From contig JBLICC010000002.1 in assembly GCA_047631715.1 (NCBI GenBank), positions 1-41,412 of the forward strand: 41,412 nt of DNA, written 5' to 3'. The stretch is from Alteromonas naphthalenivorans. GTDB lineage: Bacteria > Babelota > Babeliae > Babelales > CAIQNR01. Position numbers and translations under genes: made by a program. The notes under the pieces were generated by a model. The model saw only the letters and a list, made by a program, of their open reading frames with translations. It made no database searches and was not told the origin of the DNA. This document shows positions 34,819-41,412 of this stretch, in pieces (the first letter of the stretch is position 1; each line of letters starts with the position of its first letter).

Positions 34819-34950
34819 TCAATAATAAGGCATATAACAATTAGCTGGTACTTGTGTTTTAATTTGATCTTTTTGTTCTTGATTAAGTTGATTATTTTTA
34901 AGATATAACTGTTCAAGACTATTAAATCCTGCAAGTGCTTGTGCCTTCAT
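34819..34950 (-). pseudogene. C-terminal remnant of a further LRR-family gene (43 codons)
   Basis: The reverse strand reads MKAQALAGFNSLEQLYLKNNQLNQEQKDQIKTQVPANCYMPYY*. This parallels the last repeat and tail of the 37092..38381 product (AQVFAGLNSLKDLNLGFNQITTQEKQNIIAVIPDCDIEF*). It lies 19 nt downstream of the 696-aa LRR gene and has no upstream repeat array. Confidence 0.6.
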
Positions 34951-34969
34951 TATTTATTTATCAATCCAT

Positions 34970-37060
34970 TTAAAATTTCACATAAGCCTGTGGTAGTCCT
35001 GCTTTAATATCTTTTTGTTCTTGATCAGAAAATGGGAAAAAGTTATTTTTCAAACAAAGACCTTCAAAGTCATATTCAGGTCTCATTTGAACAAAATTTT
35101 CAATCAATGATTCCTTAGTATCACAAATATAATTACTACCAAGATCAACTTTTTTTAATAATTTTAATTTCGTAAAAGCTTTATGTGTCTTTGCAATAAG
35201 ATTATTATTCAACTGAACTCTTTCAAGATTATTATTCCCGTCAAAAACTCCATCAATATTAATAATATTGTTATCATCAAGGCGTAATTCTCGCAAATCC
35301 ACTAGTTCATCAAAAGATTTTTGAATATCACGAATTCTATTATCATTAAGAGTAATATTTCTAAGACTACTTAATCCGTTAAAAATTTCTTTAATATCGC
35401 AAATCTTATTATTATCAAGGTGAAGATATCGCAAATTACCCAATCCATTAAATGCTCCTACCTGTATATCTACAATCTTATTATCATTAAGATAGATCGC
35501 TGCGAGCTTGCTTAAACCCTCAAAAAATCCAGCCTTAATATCAGTAATTTCATTCCTATAAAGATGCAGGCTCTTAAGATTACTTAAACCCTTAAAAAAT
35601 CCCTCAATATCAGTAATTCCATTATTATTAAGATTAAGTTTTTGCAACGCCCCCAATCCATTAAGCGTTCCTACCTGTATATCTGCTATCTTATTACAAT
35701 TAAGTTCAAGCTCTCGTAAAGCACCCAATCCATTAAACGCTCCTACCTGTATATCTGCTATCTTATTATAATTAAGTTCAAGCTCTCGTAAAGCACCCAA
35801 TCCATTAAACGCTCCTACCTGTATATTTGTTATCTTATTATCTTTAAGTTTAAGTTTTTGTAAAATAGACAATCCATTAAACGCTTCTACCTGTATATCC
35901 GCTATCTTATTGCTACCAAGATAAAGCTCTCGTAAAGCACCCAATCGATTAAACACATTTCTCTTAATATCGGTAATTTCATTACTATTAAGACAAAGAA
36001 ATTCAAGATTGCTTAAATCCTCAAAAGATCCAACCTCAATGTCAGTAATTTTATTACCATTAAGACTAAGAGATCGCAAATGACCTAATCCATTAAATGC
36101 TCCTGCTTGTATACCTGTTATCTGATTGTTATCAAATGTAAGCTCCTGTAAAGCACCCAATCCATTAAATGTTCCTACCTGTATATCTACAATCTTATTA
36201 TTACGAAGATTAATTGTTTCTAAATTGCTCAGCCCCTTAAAAGCTTTCTTAATATCTACTATCTTATTACCATTAAGCTCAATTGCCTTTACTTCTTTTA
36301 TACCTTTTATGGCGTTCAGATCATCTAGACTTGTAATATTTAAATTTTTAAGATTAAGTGTTTTATCATAATTGCTAATTTTAGGAATCTTATTTGCATC
36401 AATTAAGTTTCTAATTGACGTTGAAAGCATCTTCCTCTTTTTATAATTATAAATTTTATCAGTATCATTCTTATCTAAAGAAAATAGTGCTGTATTATGA
36501 AGATCATATTTATTATATTTAATTTTCATTTGCCTGAGTATATCCAGCACATAAGCATGATGATGCACATTAGATTCACTATTATTTGGATTATTCAACC
36601 ATGCAATATATAATTTTTCTGCATATTTTTCTGGCAATAAAATTTTTAAAGTATGAAATAAATTTGTTAAAGTAATGCCTTGAAAGCTTAACTCTTCTTT
36701 AGTCACTGGTAATATATAATTGGGATCTTCATAAAGATTAATTGCATGCTTTAAATAATTTGAATGAACTGTAGGCAACGGTATTGGGTCTTCTTGAGTT
36801 ACCTGACCTTCTTCTAAATCTTCTACCATATTCTTTAAGAAAGAAAATAAATCTAAAGGAATTTGCCTTACAATACCATCTGAAGTTTTAACCCATAGTT
36901 TTGATGAAGACTCTACATCTATTACATCAGCTGCAGAATCTGTTTGTTCAACTCGTGGTCGCTTTGCCGCACGTTCTTCTTCTAATATATCTGCTGCTGG
37001 TGCTGCTGCCTGCAAACCAATCATCGAAAATAAACTTAAAGCTCCTAATAATTTCTTCAT
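34970..37060 (-). CDS. Exported Skp1-like (POZ) domain - LRR fusion protein, long paralogue
   Basis: 696 aa with signal peptide MKKLLGALSLFSMIGLQAAAP. The segment KLWVKTSDGIVRQIPLDLFSFLKNMVEDLEEGQVTQEDPIPLPTVHSNYLKHAINLYE...ITLTNLFHTLKILLPEKY parallels the Skp1 N-terminal domain (IKLQSSDGEIFEVD...IKTMLEDLG...[21 protein letters not shown]...TLFELILAANYLDIKGLL). About 18 x 24-residue LRRs follow. GAGAGG RBS. Confidence 0.8.
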   Translation of the reverse strand: MKKLLGALSLFSMIGLQAAAPAADILEEERAAKRPRVEQTDSAADVIDVESSSKLWVKTSDGIVRQIPLDLFSFLKNMVEDLEEGQVTQEDPIPLPTVHSNYLKHAINLYEDPNYILPVTKEELSFQGITLTNLFHTLKILLPEKYAEKLYIAWLNNPNNSESNVHHHAYVLDILRQMKIKYNKYDLHNTALFSLDKNDTDKIYNYKKRKMLSTSIRNLIDANKIPKISNYDKTLNLKNLNITSLDDLNAIKGIKEVKAIELNGNKIVDIKKAFKGLSNLETINLRNNKIVDIQVGTFNGLGALQELTFDNNQITGIQAGAFNGLGHLRSLSLNGNKITDIEVGSFEDLSNLEFLCLNSNEITDIKRNVFNRLGALRELYLGSNKIADIQVEAFNGLSILQKLKLKDNKITNIQVGAFNGLGALRELELNYNKIADIQVGAFNGLGALRELELNCNKIADIQVGTLNGLGALQKLNLNNNGITDIEGFFKGLSNLKSLHLYRNEITDIKAGFFEGLSKLAAIYLNDNKIVDIQVGAFNGLGNLRYLHLDNNKICDIKEIFNGLSSLRNITLNDNRIRDIQKSFDELVDLRELRLDDNNIINIDGVFDGNNNLERVQLNNNLIAKTHKAFTKLKLLKKVDLGSNYICDTKESLIENFVQMRPEYDFEGLCLKNNFFPFSDQEQKDIKAGLPQAYVKF
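35670..35813. repeat. Near-perfect 2 x 72-bp tandem repeat within the LRR array (71/72 identical)
   Basis: Units 35670..35741 and 35742..35813 differ at one base. They encode LRELELN(Y/C)NKIADIQVGAFNGLGA. Flanking 72-bp units are progressively more divergent. Confidence 0.9.
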
Positions 37061-37091
37061 TTGAACCTCTCATTTATTAATTATTAATTCA

Positions 37092-38381
37092 TTAAAATTC
37101 AATATCACAATCTGGAATCACTGCTATAATATTTTGTTTTTCTTGCGTCGTTATCTGGTTAAAACCAAGATTTAGATCTTTAAGACTATTAAGTCCTGCA
37201 AATACTTGTGCATTTAACGTCATAATAATATTATTATTAAGAGTTAAATTATTAAGATTACTAAGTCCTTCAAATATTTTTTCATCTAATTTCTCAATCT
37301 TATTATTATGAAGATGTAACCAATTAAGATCTTTAAGCTCTGTAAATACTTGTTCATTTAATTTCGTAATCTCATTATTACAAAGACTTAACTCCATAAG
37401 ATTATTAAGTCCTGCAAATGCTTGCTCACCTAAGGTCGCTATCTGGTTATTATTAAGATTTAAATACTCAAGATTATTAAGTCCTTCAAATATTTTTGAT
37501 GGTATTATTGTTATTTGATTATTATCAAGACTTAAATAATTAAGATTATCAAGTTCTGCAAATGCTTGTTCGCCTAATGTCGCTATCTGGTTATTATTAA
37601 GATGTAAATCCCTAAGATCATTAAGTTCTGCAAATGCTTTTGGTATTATTGTTATTTGATTATTCGATAAATCAAGTTCTCTAATACTATCAGCAAGATT
37701 TGATATCCCTTCTAAAGAACTAATACTTTTGCCTGATAGATCAAGTTTATTATCTACAATATTAATCTTATGCGCATCGATCAAGTTCTGAATAGAAACA
37801 TGCTTATGTTGACGAAGTGCATGATTATTAATGTTATTAGTATCTTCTTTCTTTAACGCAATTTTCGTATTGAGTAGTCCAAATGGCAAATTCTCCATGC
37901 CTAATCCCATTTGGTTAAAAACTATAAAAGCAGGAGCATGATGGTGCACTTCTTCTTGCATATTTTGAGGATGATTTAACCATGCAGTATAAAACTTTTT
38001 GATTAGGTCTTTTGCATCAAGAAAATCCAGAGCTTTTAGTATTTCTGGTAGCGTAACGTTTTGTTCTTTTTGTTCTTTATCTGTTACTGGTAATTGATAG
38101 TGAGAGTCATGATATACATTAATAGCATGTTTAAGAGGTACTTCATTAACTTCAGGCATTGGAATTGGGTGTTCATCTTCAATTCCTAAATCCTCAACCA
38201 GTCTATTGATGGTCTCAAATATGTTATCTTCAAGATTTTCTGTGCTAAAGGGTAAATGAACTATTTTTCTATCACTAGATACTAATTCGACTACTGAATC
38301 TTTATTAAGAATATCAGCCGCTGCACCGTGTAAACCAATCATCGAAAATAAACTTAAAGCTACTAATAATTTCTTATTCAT
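37092..38381 (-). CDS. Exported Skp1-like (POZ) domain - LRR fusion protein, short paralogue
   Basis: From ATG 38381 (GGAGG RBS): MNKKLLVALSLFSMIGLHGAAADIL signal peptide. VVELVSSDRKIVHLPF...INRLVEDLGIEDEHPIPMPEVNEVPLKHAINVYH...VTLPEILKALDFLDAKDLI matches the Skp1 pattern (V.L.SSD...F........I..M.ED.G.....PIPLPNV....L..V........TLFELILAANYLDIK.LL). About 8 LRRs follow (LDLSNNQITIIPKAFAELNDLRDLHLNNNQIATLGEQAF...). Confidence 0.8.
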   Translation of the reverse strand: MNKKLLVALSLFSMIGLHGAAADILNKDSVVELVSSDRKIVHLPFSTENLEDNIFETINRLVEDLGIEDEHPIPMPEVNEVPLKHAINVYHDSHYQLPVTDKEQKEQNVTLPEILKALDFLDAKDLIKKFYTAWLNHPQNMQEEVHHHAPAFIVFNQMGLGMENLPFGLLNTKIALKKEDTNNINNHALRQHKHVSIQNLIDAHKINIVDNKLDLSGKSISSLEGISNLADSIRELDLSNNQITIIPKAFAELNDLRDLHLNNNQIATLGEQAFAELDNLNYLSLDNNQITIIPSKIFEGLNNLEYLNLNNNQIATLGEQAFAGLNNLMELSLCNNEITKLNEQVFTELKDLNWLHLHNNKIEKLDEKIFEGLSNLNNLTLNNNIIMTLNAQVFAGLNSLKDLNLGFNQITTQEKQNIIAVIPDCDIEF

Positions 38382-38423
38382 TTTAACCTCCATTAAAATA
38401 TCATATTTTTATAACTAAACTTA

Positions 38424-38452
38424 AGTATAGATATTAATTTCTATTTGTCAAA
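38424..38452 (-). promoter_or_regulatory. Near-consensus sigma70-type promoter upstream of the short Skp1-LRR gene
   Basis: Minus strand: TTGACA (38452..38447), a 17-nt spacer, then TATACT (38429..38424). It lies about 40 nt upstream of the ATG at 38381. Confidence 0.5.
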
Positions 38453-38489
38453 AGCTATTATAGGCTTAAATTAATATTTTGAGCTTATT

Positions 38490-39101
38490 TTAGCCAATAA
38501 TTTCTTTATAATTTTGCTCAACCTGTTCCCAATTAACGGTATTCCACCAAGCATCGATATAAGCGGGACGACGATTAACGTATTGCAGGTAATAAGCGTG
38601 CTCCCATACATCTAAGCCTATAATAGGATGAAGACCATTAGAAAGAGGGGTATCTTGATTTGCGGTAGAAGAAACAACAAGCTTGCCATTGTTATCTACA
38701 GAGAGCCAAGCCCATCCACTGCCAAAACGAGATTTTGCTGCAGTATTAAGTTGATCTCTAAAAACATCAAAGCTCCCAAAGACTTCTTTAATTTTATCGC
38801 CAACTGGACCAGTCGGTTCCCCGCCGCCCTTAGGCTGCATGATATTCCAAAAATCTGTGTGGTTTTTTACTCCACCGCCATGATTACGCACGGCAGTACG
38901 AATATCTTCTGGAACAGAGTCTAAATCTTTTAAAAGTTCAACCAATGGTTTATCAAACAGTTCAGGATGTTTTTGTAGTGCTGCGTTAAGACCATTCACA
39001 TATGCCTGTTGATGCTTACCATGATGCAGCTCCATGATTTGTGCTTCGATGTAAGGTTCAAGCGCGCCGTATTCATAGGGAAGTTTTGGAAGTTTGTACA
39101 T
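38490..39101 (-). CDS. Superoxide dismutase, Fe/Mn family
   Basis: 203 aa. [18 protein letters not shown]...[10 protein letters not shown]...[19 protein letters not shown], the canonical Fe/Mn-SOD metal ligand motifs. I do not call the metal specificity. Confidence 0.95.
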   Translation of the reverse strand: MYKLPKLPYEYGALEPYIEAQIMELHHGKHQQAYVNGLNAALQKHPELFDKPLVELLKDLDSVPEDIRTAVRNHGGGVKNHTDFWNIMQPKGGGEPTGPVGDKIKEVFGSFDVFRDQLNTAAKSRFGSGWAWLSVDNNGKLVVSSTANQDTPLSNGLHPIIGLDVWEHAYYLQYVNRRPAYIDAWWNTVNWEQVEQNYKEIIG

Positions 39102-39152
39102 GATTAACTTTCTTTTTTAGTTTGCGTATTTTTGATTTAGCGTAACGCAAAT

Positions 39153-39431
39153 TTATAGAAAGTATACTTCATCACCCTGTTTTGCTACCTGTAGCTCTTC
39201 TCGTGCAATTTTTTCTTTATAAAAAGAATTATTCTCCCATTCAGAAACTTCTTCTTCTAAAACGGCAATTTCGTCTTTTAAAAATCCAATTTTATCTTGA
39301 ACCTGTTCATTCTCTTGTTGCATTCCCTGTAAAATCCGTAAGCCTTGGGCGCTAAAAAAATAAATACCTACAAAAATAACAATCTCAAACATGAAAAATA
39401 TACGTAACGTATGCCGTTTTGTAATGACCAT
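39153..39431 (-). CDS. ftsB: Septum formation initiator family protein (FtsB/DivIC-like)
   Basis: 92 aa with an N-terminal TM helix and a coiled coil. The conserved C-terminal part is YKEKIAREELQVAKQGDEVYFL. Strong GGAAGGAGAG RBS. Confidence 0.7.
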   Translation of the reverse strand: MVITKRHTLRIFFMFEIVIFVGIYFFSAQGLRILQGMQQENEQVQDKIGFLKDEIAVLEEEVSEWENNSFYKEKIAREELQVAKQGDEVYFL

Positions 39432-39527
39432 TTCAACTCTCCTTCCTTCAAGGTCTTCACACCACTTTTGTTATAAGTGTACGGTAAAGAGATATGAAGA
39501 GTCACGAATTTATTTAAAGGACCAACC

Positions 39528-40985
39528 ATGAAAAAAATTTTCTTGCTCTCTACCCTTCTTTGCATACACTCTCTACAAGCCAACACCATTATCAAATCTA
39601 CACTCAATGAAGTTGAACAAGAAATTGTAAAAATGTCTCAAACCTTTAGCGAAGTGGTAAATCTGATCTACTACAAATATTATAAAAATCTTGACCCCAA
39701 AGAATTACAAAAAGCATTCGTAGACAGCTTTAATAGCTTTGCAAAGCGCGATCCCCACTCAAGCGTACTCGGCCCAGAAGATATGAAAAATCTTCAACAA
39801 AAAATGTCTGGTGAGTTTTCTGGTATCGGTGTAGTGCTACCCGGAGATTTAAAAGATGAAGATGACGAATTCTTACCATTTATAGAAATTGTTCCAGGAG
39901 GCCCTTCAGACAAAGCAGGAATTCGTGCAGGCGACAAACTTATGCAAATTAATGATGAAGTTATAAAAGGCATGAAGATCGATCAGATCATGAACAAGCT
40001 CAAAGGTGAAAAGCATTCCAAAGTAAACCTCAAAGTAATGAGAGAAAAGTATCCAGAACCACTTGATTTTGAAGTTAAGAGAGACATTATTAAAGACGAA
40101 ATTTCGCTTTCGTTCTACCTCCCCGATCAAAATATCTATTACTTACTACTTTCTATCTTTAGCGAAAAATCTGCAAATCATGTTGCCGACACTCTTAAAG
40201 AAGCTCATAAGAAAAAATGCAAAGGTATTATTATAGATCTTCGTAACAATACCGGCGGCCTGTTTGACTCCGCTCTTGAAATTGCTGGTCTCTTCTTGCC
40301 AAAAAACACTCTTGTGGCTGTTACTAAAAATCGTGAACACAAAGTAACCGAGAGCTGGAAGACAAGCAGAGAGCCGCTTCCACTTGCAAAAGGGATGCCA
40401 ATATTCTTTATTGTTAACAATTACACCGCATCAGCTGCAGAAATTATGGCAGGAACACTCAAGATTTATTCCGAAAAAGAAAAAGATCTTCATGTTTTTG
40501 TTGTAGGAACCCAAACATTTGGAAAAGGATCGGTACAAGAAGTTATTCCTCTTTCTAACGACTGCGCATTACGACTCACTACAGCACTGTACTATTTACC
40601 ATTCGATACTTGCATTCAAGGTAAAGGTGTAACCCCTGATTTTGTTATTGAGCCACGATTACCACTCAGTGATACGCACAAATGGATGACCGATACCTAT
40701 GGAAGAGAAAAAGCTCTCAAAGGTTCAATTAAACCACATGATGATAAAGAAGAAAAAAAAGAAGAAAAAAAGAAAAAGAAAGATGACAAAACTCCATGGA
40801 AAGAACAACGTCAAGAAATGCTAGCCAATGATTACATGGTACAAAACACTGTAAGCTTAATCGACATGCTTAATGCAGGAACCAAAGCTCATCCAAGTAT
40901 GGCCTCTCGCCAAGCACAAAAAGCATTTTTAAACGAAAATTATGTGGTTGATCGCAAACTTAACCTACAAGAGATAAAAGAGTAA
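39528..40985 (+). CDS. ctpA: Carboxy-terminal processing protease (S41 family, PDZ domain)
   Basis: 485 aa with a signal peptide. PDZ region (FSGIGVVL...GGPSDKAGIRAGDKLMQINDE), an S41 core with IIDLRNNTGG, Ser in NNYTASAAEIMAG and Lys in GKGSVQ. A Lys/Glu-rich insertion lies near the C-terminus. Confidence 0.9.
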   Translation: MKKIFLLSTLLCIHSLQANTIIKSTLNEVEQEIVKMSQTFSEVVNLIYYKYYKNLDPKELQKAFVDSFNSFAKRDPHSSVLGPEDMKNLQQKMSGEFSGIGVVLPGDLKDEDDEFLPFIEIVPGGPSDKAGIRAGDKLMQINDEVIKGMKIDQIMNKLKGEKHSKVNLKVMREKYPEPLDFEVKRDIIKDEISLSFYLPDQNIYYLLLSIFSEKSANHVADTLKEAHKKKCKGIIIDLRNNTGGLFDSALEIAGLFLPKNTLVAVTKNREHKVTESWKTSREPLPLAKGMPIFFIVNNYTASAAEIMAGTLKIYSEKEKDLHVFVVGTQTFGKGSVQEVIPLSNDCALRLTTALYYLPFDTCIQGKGVTPDFVIEPRLPLSDTHKWMTDTYGREKALKGSIKPHDDKEEKKEEKKKKKDDKTPWKEQRQEMLANDYMVQNTVSLIDMLNAGTKAHPSMASRQAQKAFLNENYVVDRKLNLQEIKE

Positions 40986-40997
40986 CTCCGCCGACCT

Positions 40998-41026
40998 TTG
41001 ACATCTTTGAGCGAATCTATCATACT
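40998..41026 (+). promoter_or_regulatory. Possible sigma70-type promoter
   Basis: TTGACA (40998..41003), a 17-nt spacer, then CATACT (41021..41026). It lies 41 nt upstream of the small ORF at 41068. Confidence 0.3.
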
Positions 41027-41067
41027 ATGATGCCCTAGTATTTGGTAACCCTTATTAAAAGGACTTT

Positions 41068-41199
41068 ATGAGACGAAAACACAAGCAGCGGTTATCCTCT
41101 GCATTTCTGTGTAGTTTGTTTTTTATGTTTGTTTTTATTATTACCGAAAAGAATCCGCCTCGAAAACGAGTCGAGCGTGAGTATCATATGAGAAAATAG
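41068..41199 (+). CDS. Possible small membrane protein (43 aa)
   Basis: MRRKHKQRLSSAFLCSLFFMFVFIITEKNPPRKRVEREYHMRK has one hydrophobic helix between basic ends. A candidate promoter lies upstream and a hairpin terminator downstream. There is no homology support. Confidence 0.3.
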   Translation: MRRKHKQRLSSAFLCSLFFMFVFIITEKNPPRKRVEREYHMRK

Positions 41200-41201
41200 A
41201 A

Positions 41202-41232
41202 TTAAGGCCGTTTAAACGCGGCCTTAATTTTT
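41202..41232. terminator. Intrinsic terminator between convergent genes
   Basis: TTAAGGCCG-tttaaacg-CGGCCTTAA (9-bp stem) followed by TTTTT. Confidence 0.65.
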
Positions 41233-41248
41233 ACTGTATATTACAATC

Positions 41249-41412
41249 TTACTTGCATGCACCACGGCCATCTGCATTTTTTACTTTTTCTAATGCAACC
41301 GATAGCATTACGATTATAGAATGTTTTTTATTTTGACGTGCCATATTTAATGGTGTTTCACCCTTATCATTACATGCATTAATATAAGCCTCTGCTTCTA
41401 GTAACAACTTTG
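41249..41412 (-). CDS. Ankyrin-repeat protein, C-terminal end only (gene runs off the window end)
   Basis: The reverse strand reads ...KLLLEAEAYINACNDKGETPLNMARQNKKHSIIVMLSVALEKVKNADGRGACK*. LLL.AGA.IN..D..G.TPL..A...G...IV..L is the ankyrin consensus. Confidence 0.7.
   Translation of the reverse strand, partial: KLLLEAEAYINACNDKGETPLNMARQNKKHSIIVMLSVALEKVKNADGRGACK

Noticed and set aside
35598-35960. Regularly spaced 72-bp repeats that could superficially suggest a CRISPR-like array
   Set aside because: The period equals one 24-residue LRR, and the repeats lie inside a long intact ORF. There are no unique spacers between conserved repeats. They are coding LRR units.
39368-39607. 79-aa minus-strand ORF spanning the ftsB/ctp divergent region
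   Set aside because: It overlaps the ftsB 5' end in another frame and the ctp start on the opposite strand. It has no RBS and no recognisable features.

Overview
This is a 41.4 kb, AT-rich (roughly one-third GC by eye), densely coding bacterial window. Its content points to an obligate intracellular or amoeba-associated lifestyle; Dependentiae/TM6-like or chlamydia-like is my inference, not a database hit.

Housekeeping genes:
- Envelope and proteolysis: tolQ-tolR-tolA-tolB (no pal in the window), dsbD, lon, ftsB, an S41 C-terminal protease and a partial FtsH-like gene.
- Replication, translation and nucleotide metabolism: cca, der, dnaX, rpsB, pyrG, cmk, recJ, lysS and two hpf paralogues.
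- Other: a superoxide dismutase, a DJ-1/PfpI protein, tRNA-Ala(GGC) and tRNA-Ser(GGA).

Host-interaction content:
- Four tandem TLC/NTT nucleotide-transporter paralogues.
- A signal-peptide-bearing eukaryote-type cytosolic-PLA2-family lipase.
- Three LRR proteins plus one LRR gene remnant, and an ankyrin-repeat gene at the window edge.

Most notable observations:
1. Two tandem exported proteins fuse a Skp1-like POZ domain directly to an LRR array. This could be an F-box-less mimic of the SCF ubiquitin ligase.
2. A previously unnamed ~40-45 nt palindromic repeat family has at least 6 copies. They form nested inverted repeats in two intergenic regions, one copy is translated in-frame inside dnaX, and the central hairpin shows compensatory changes.
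3. An A9 run sits at the domain III/IV boundary of dnaX and is a candidate tau/gamma slippage site.

All calls rest on reading the translated ORFs and the DNA directly; no searches were run.
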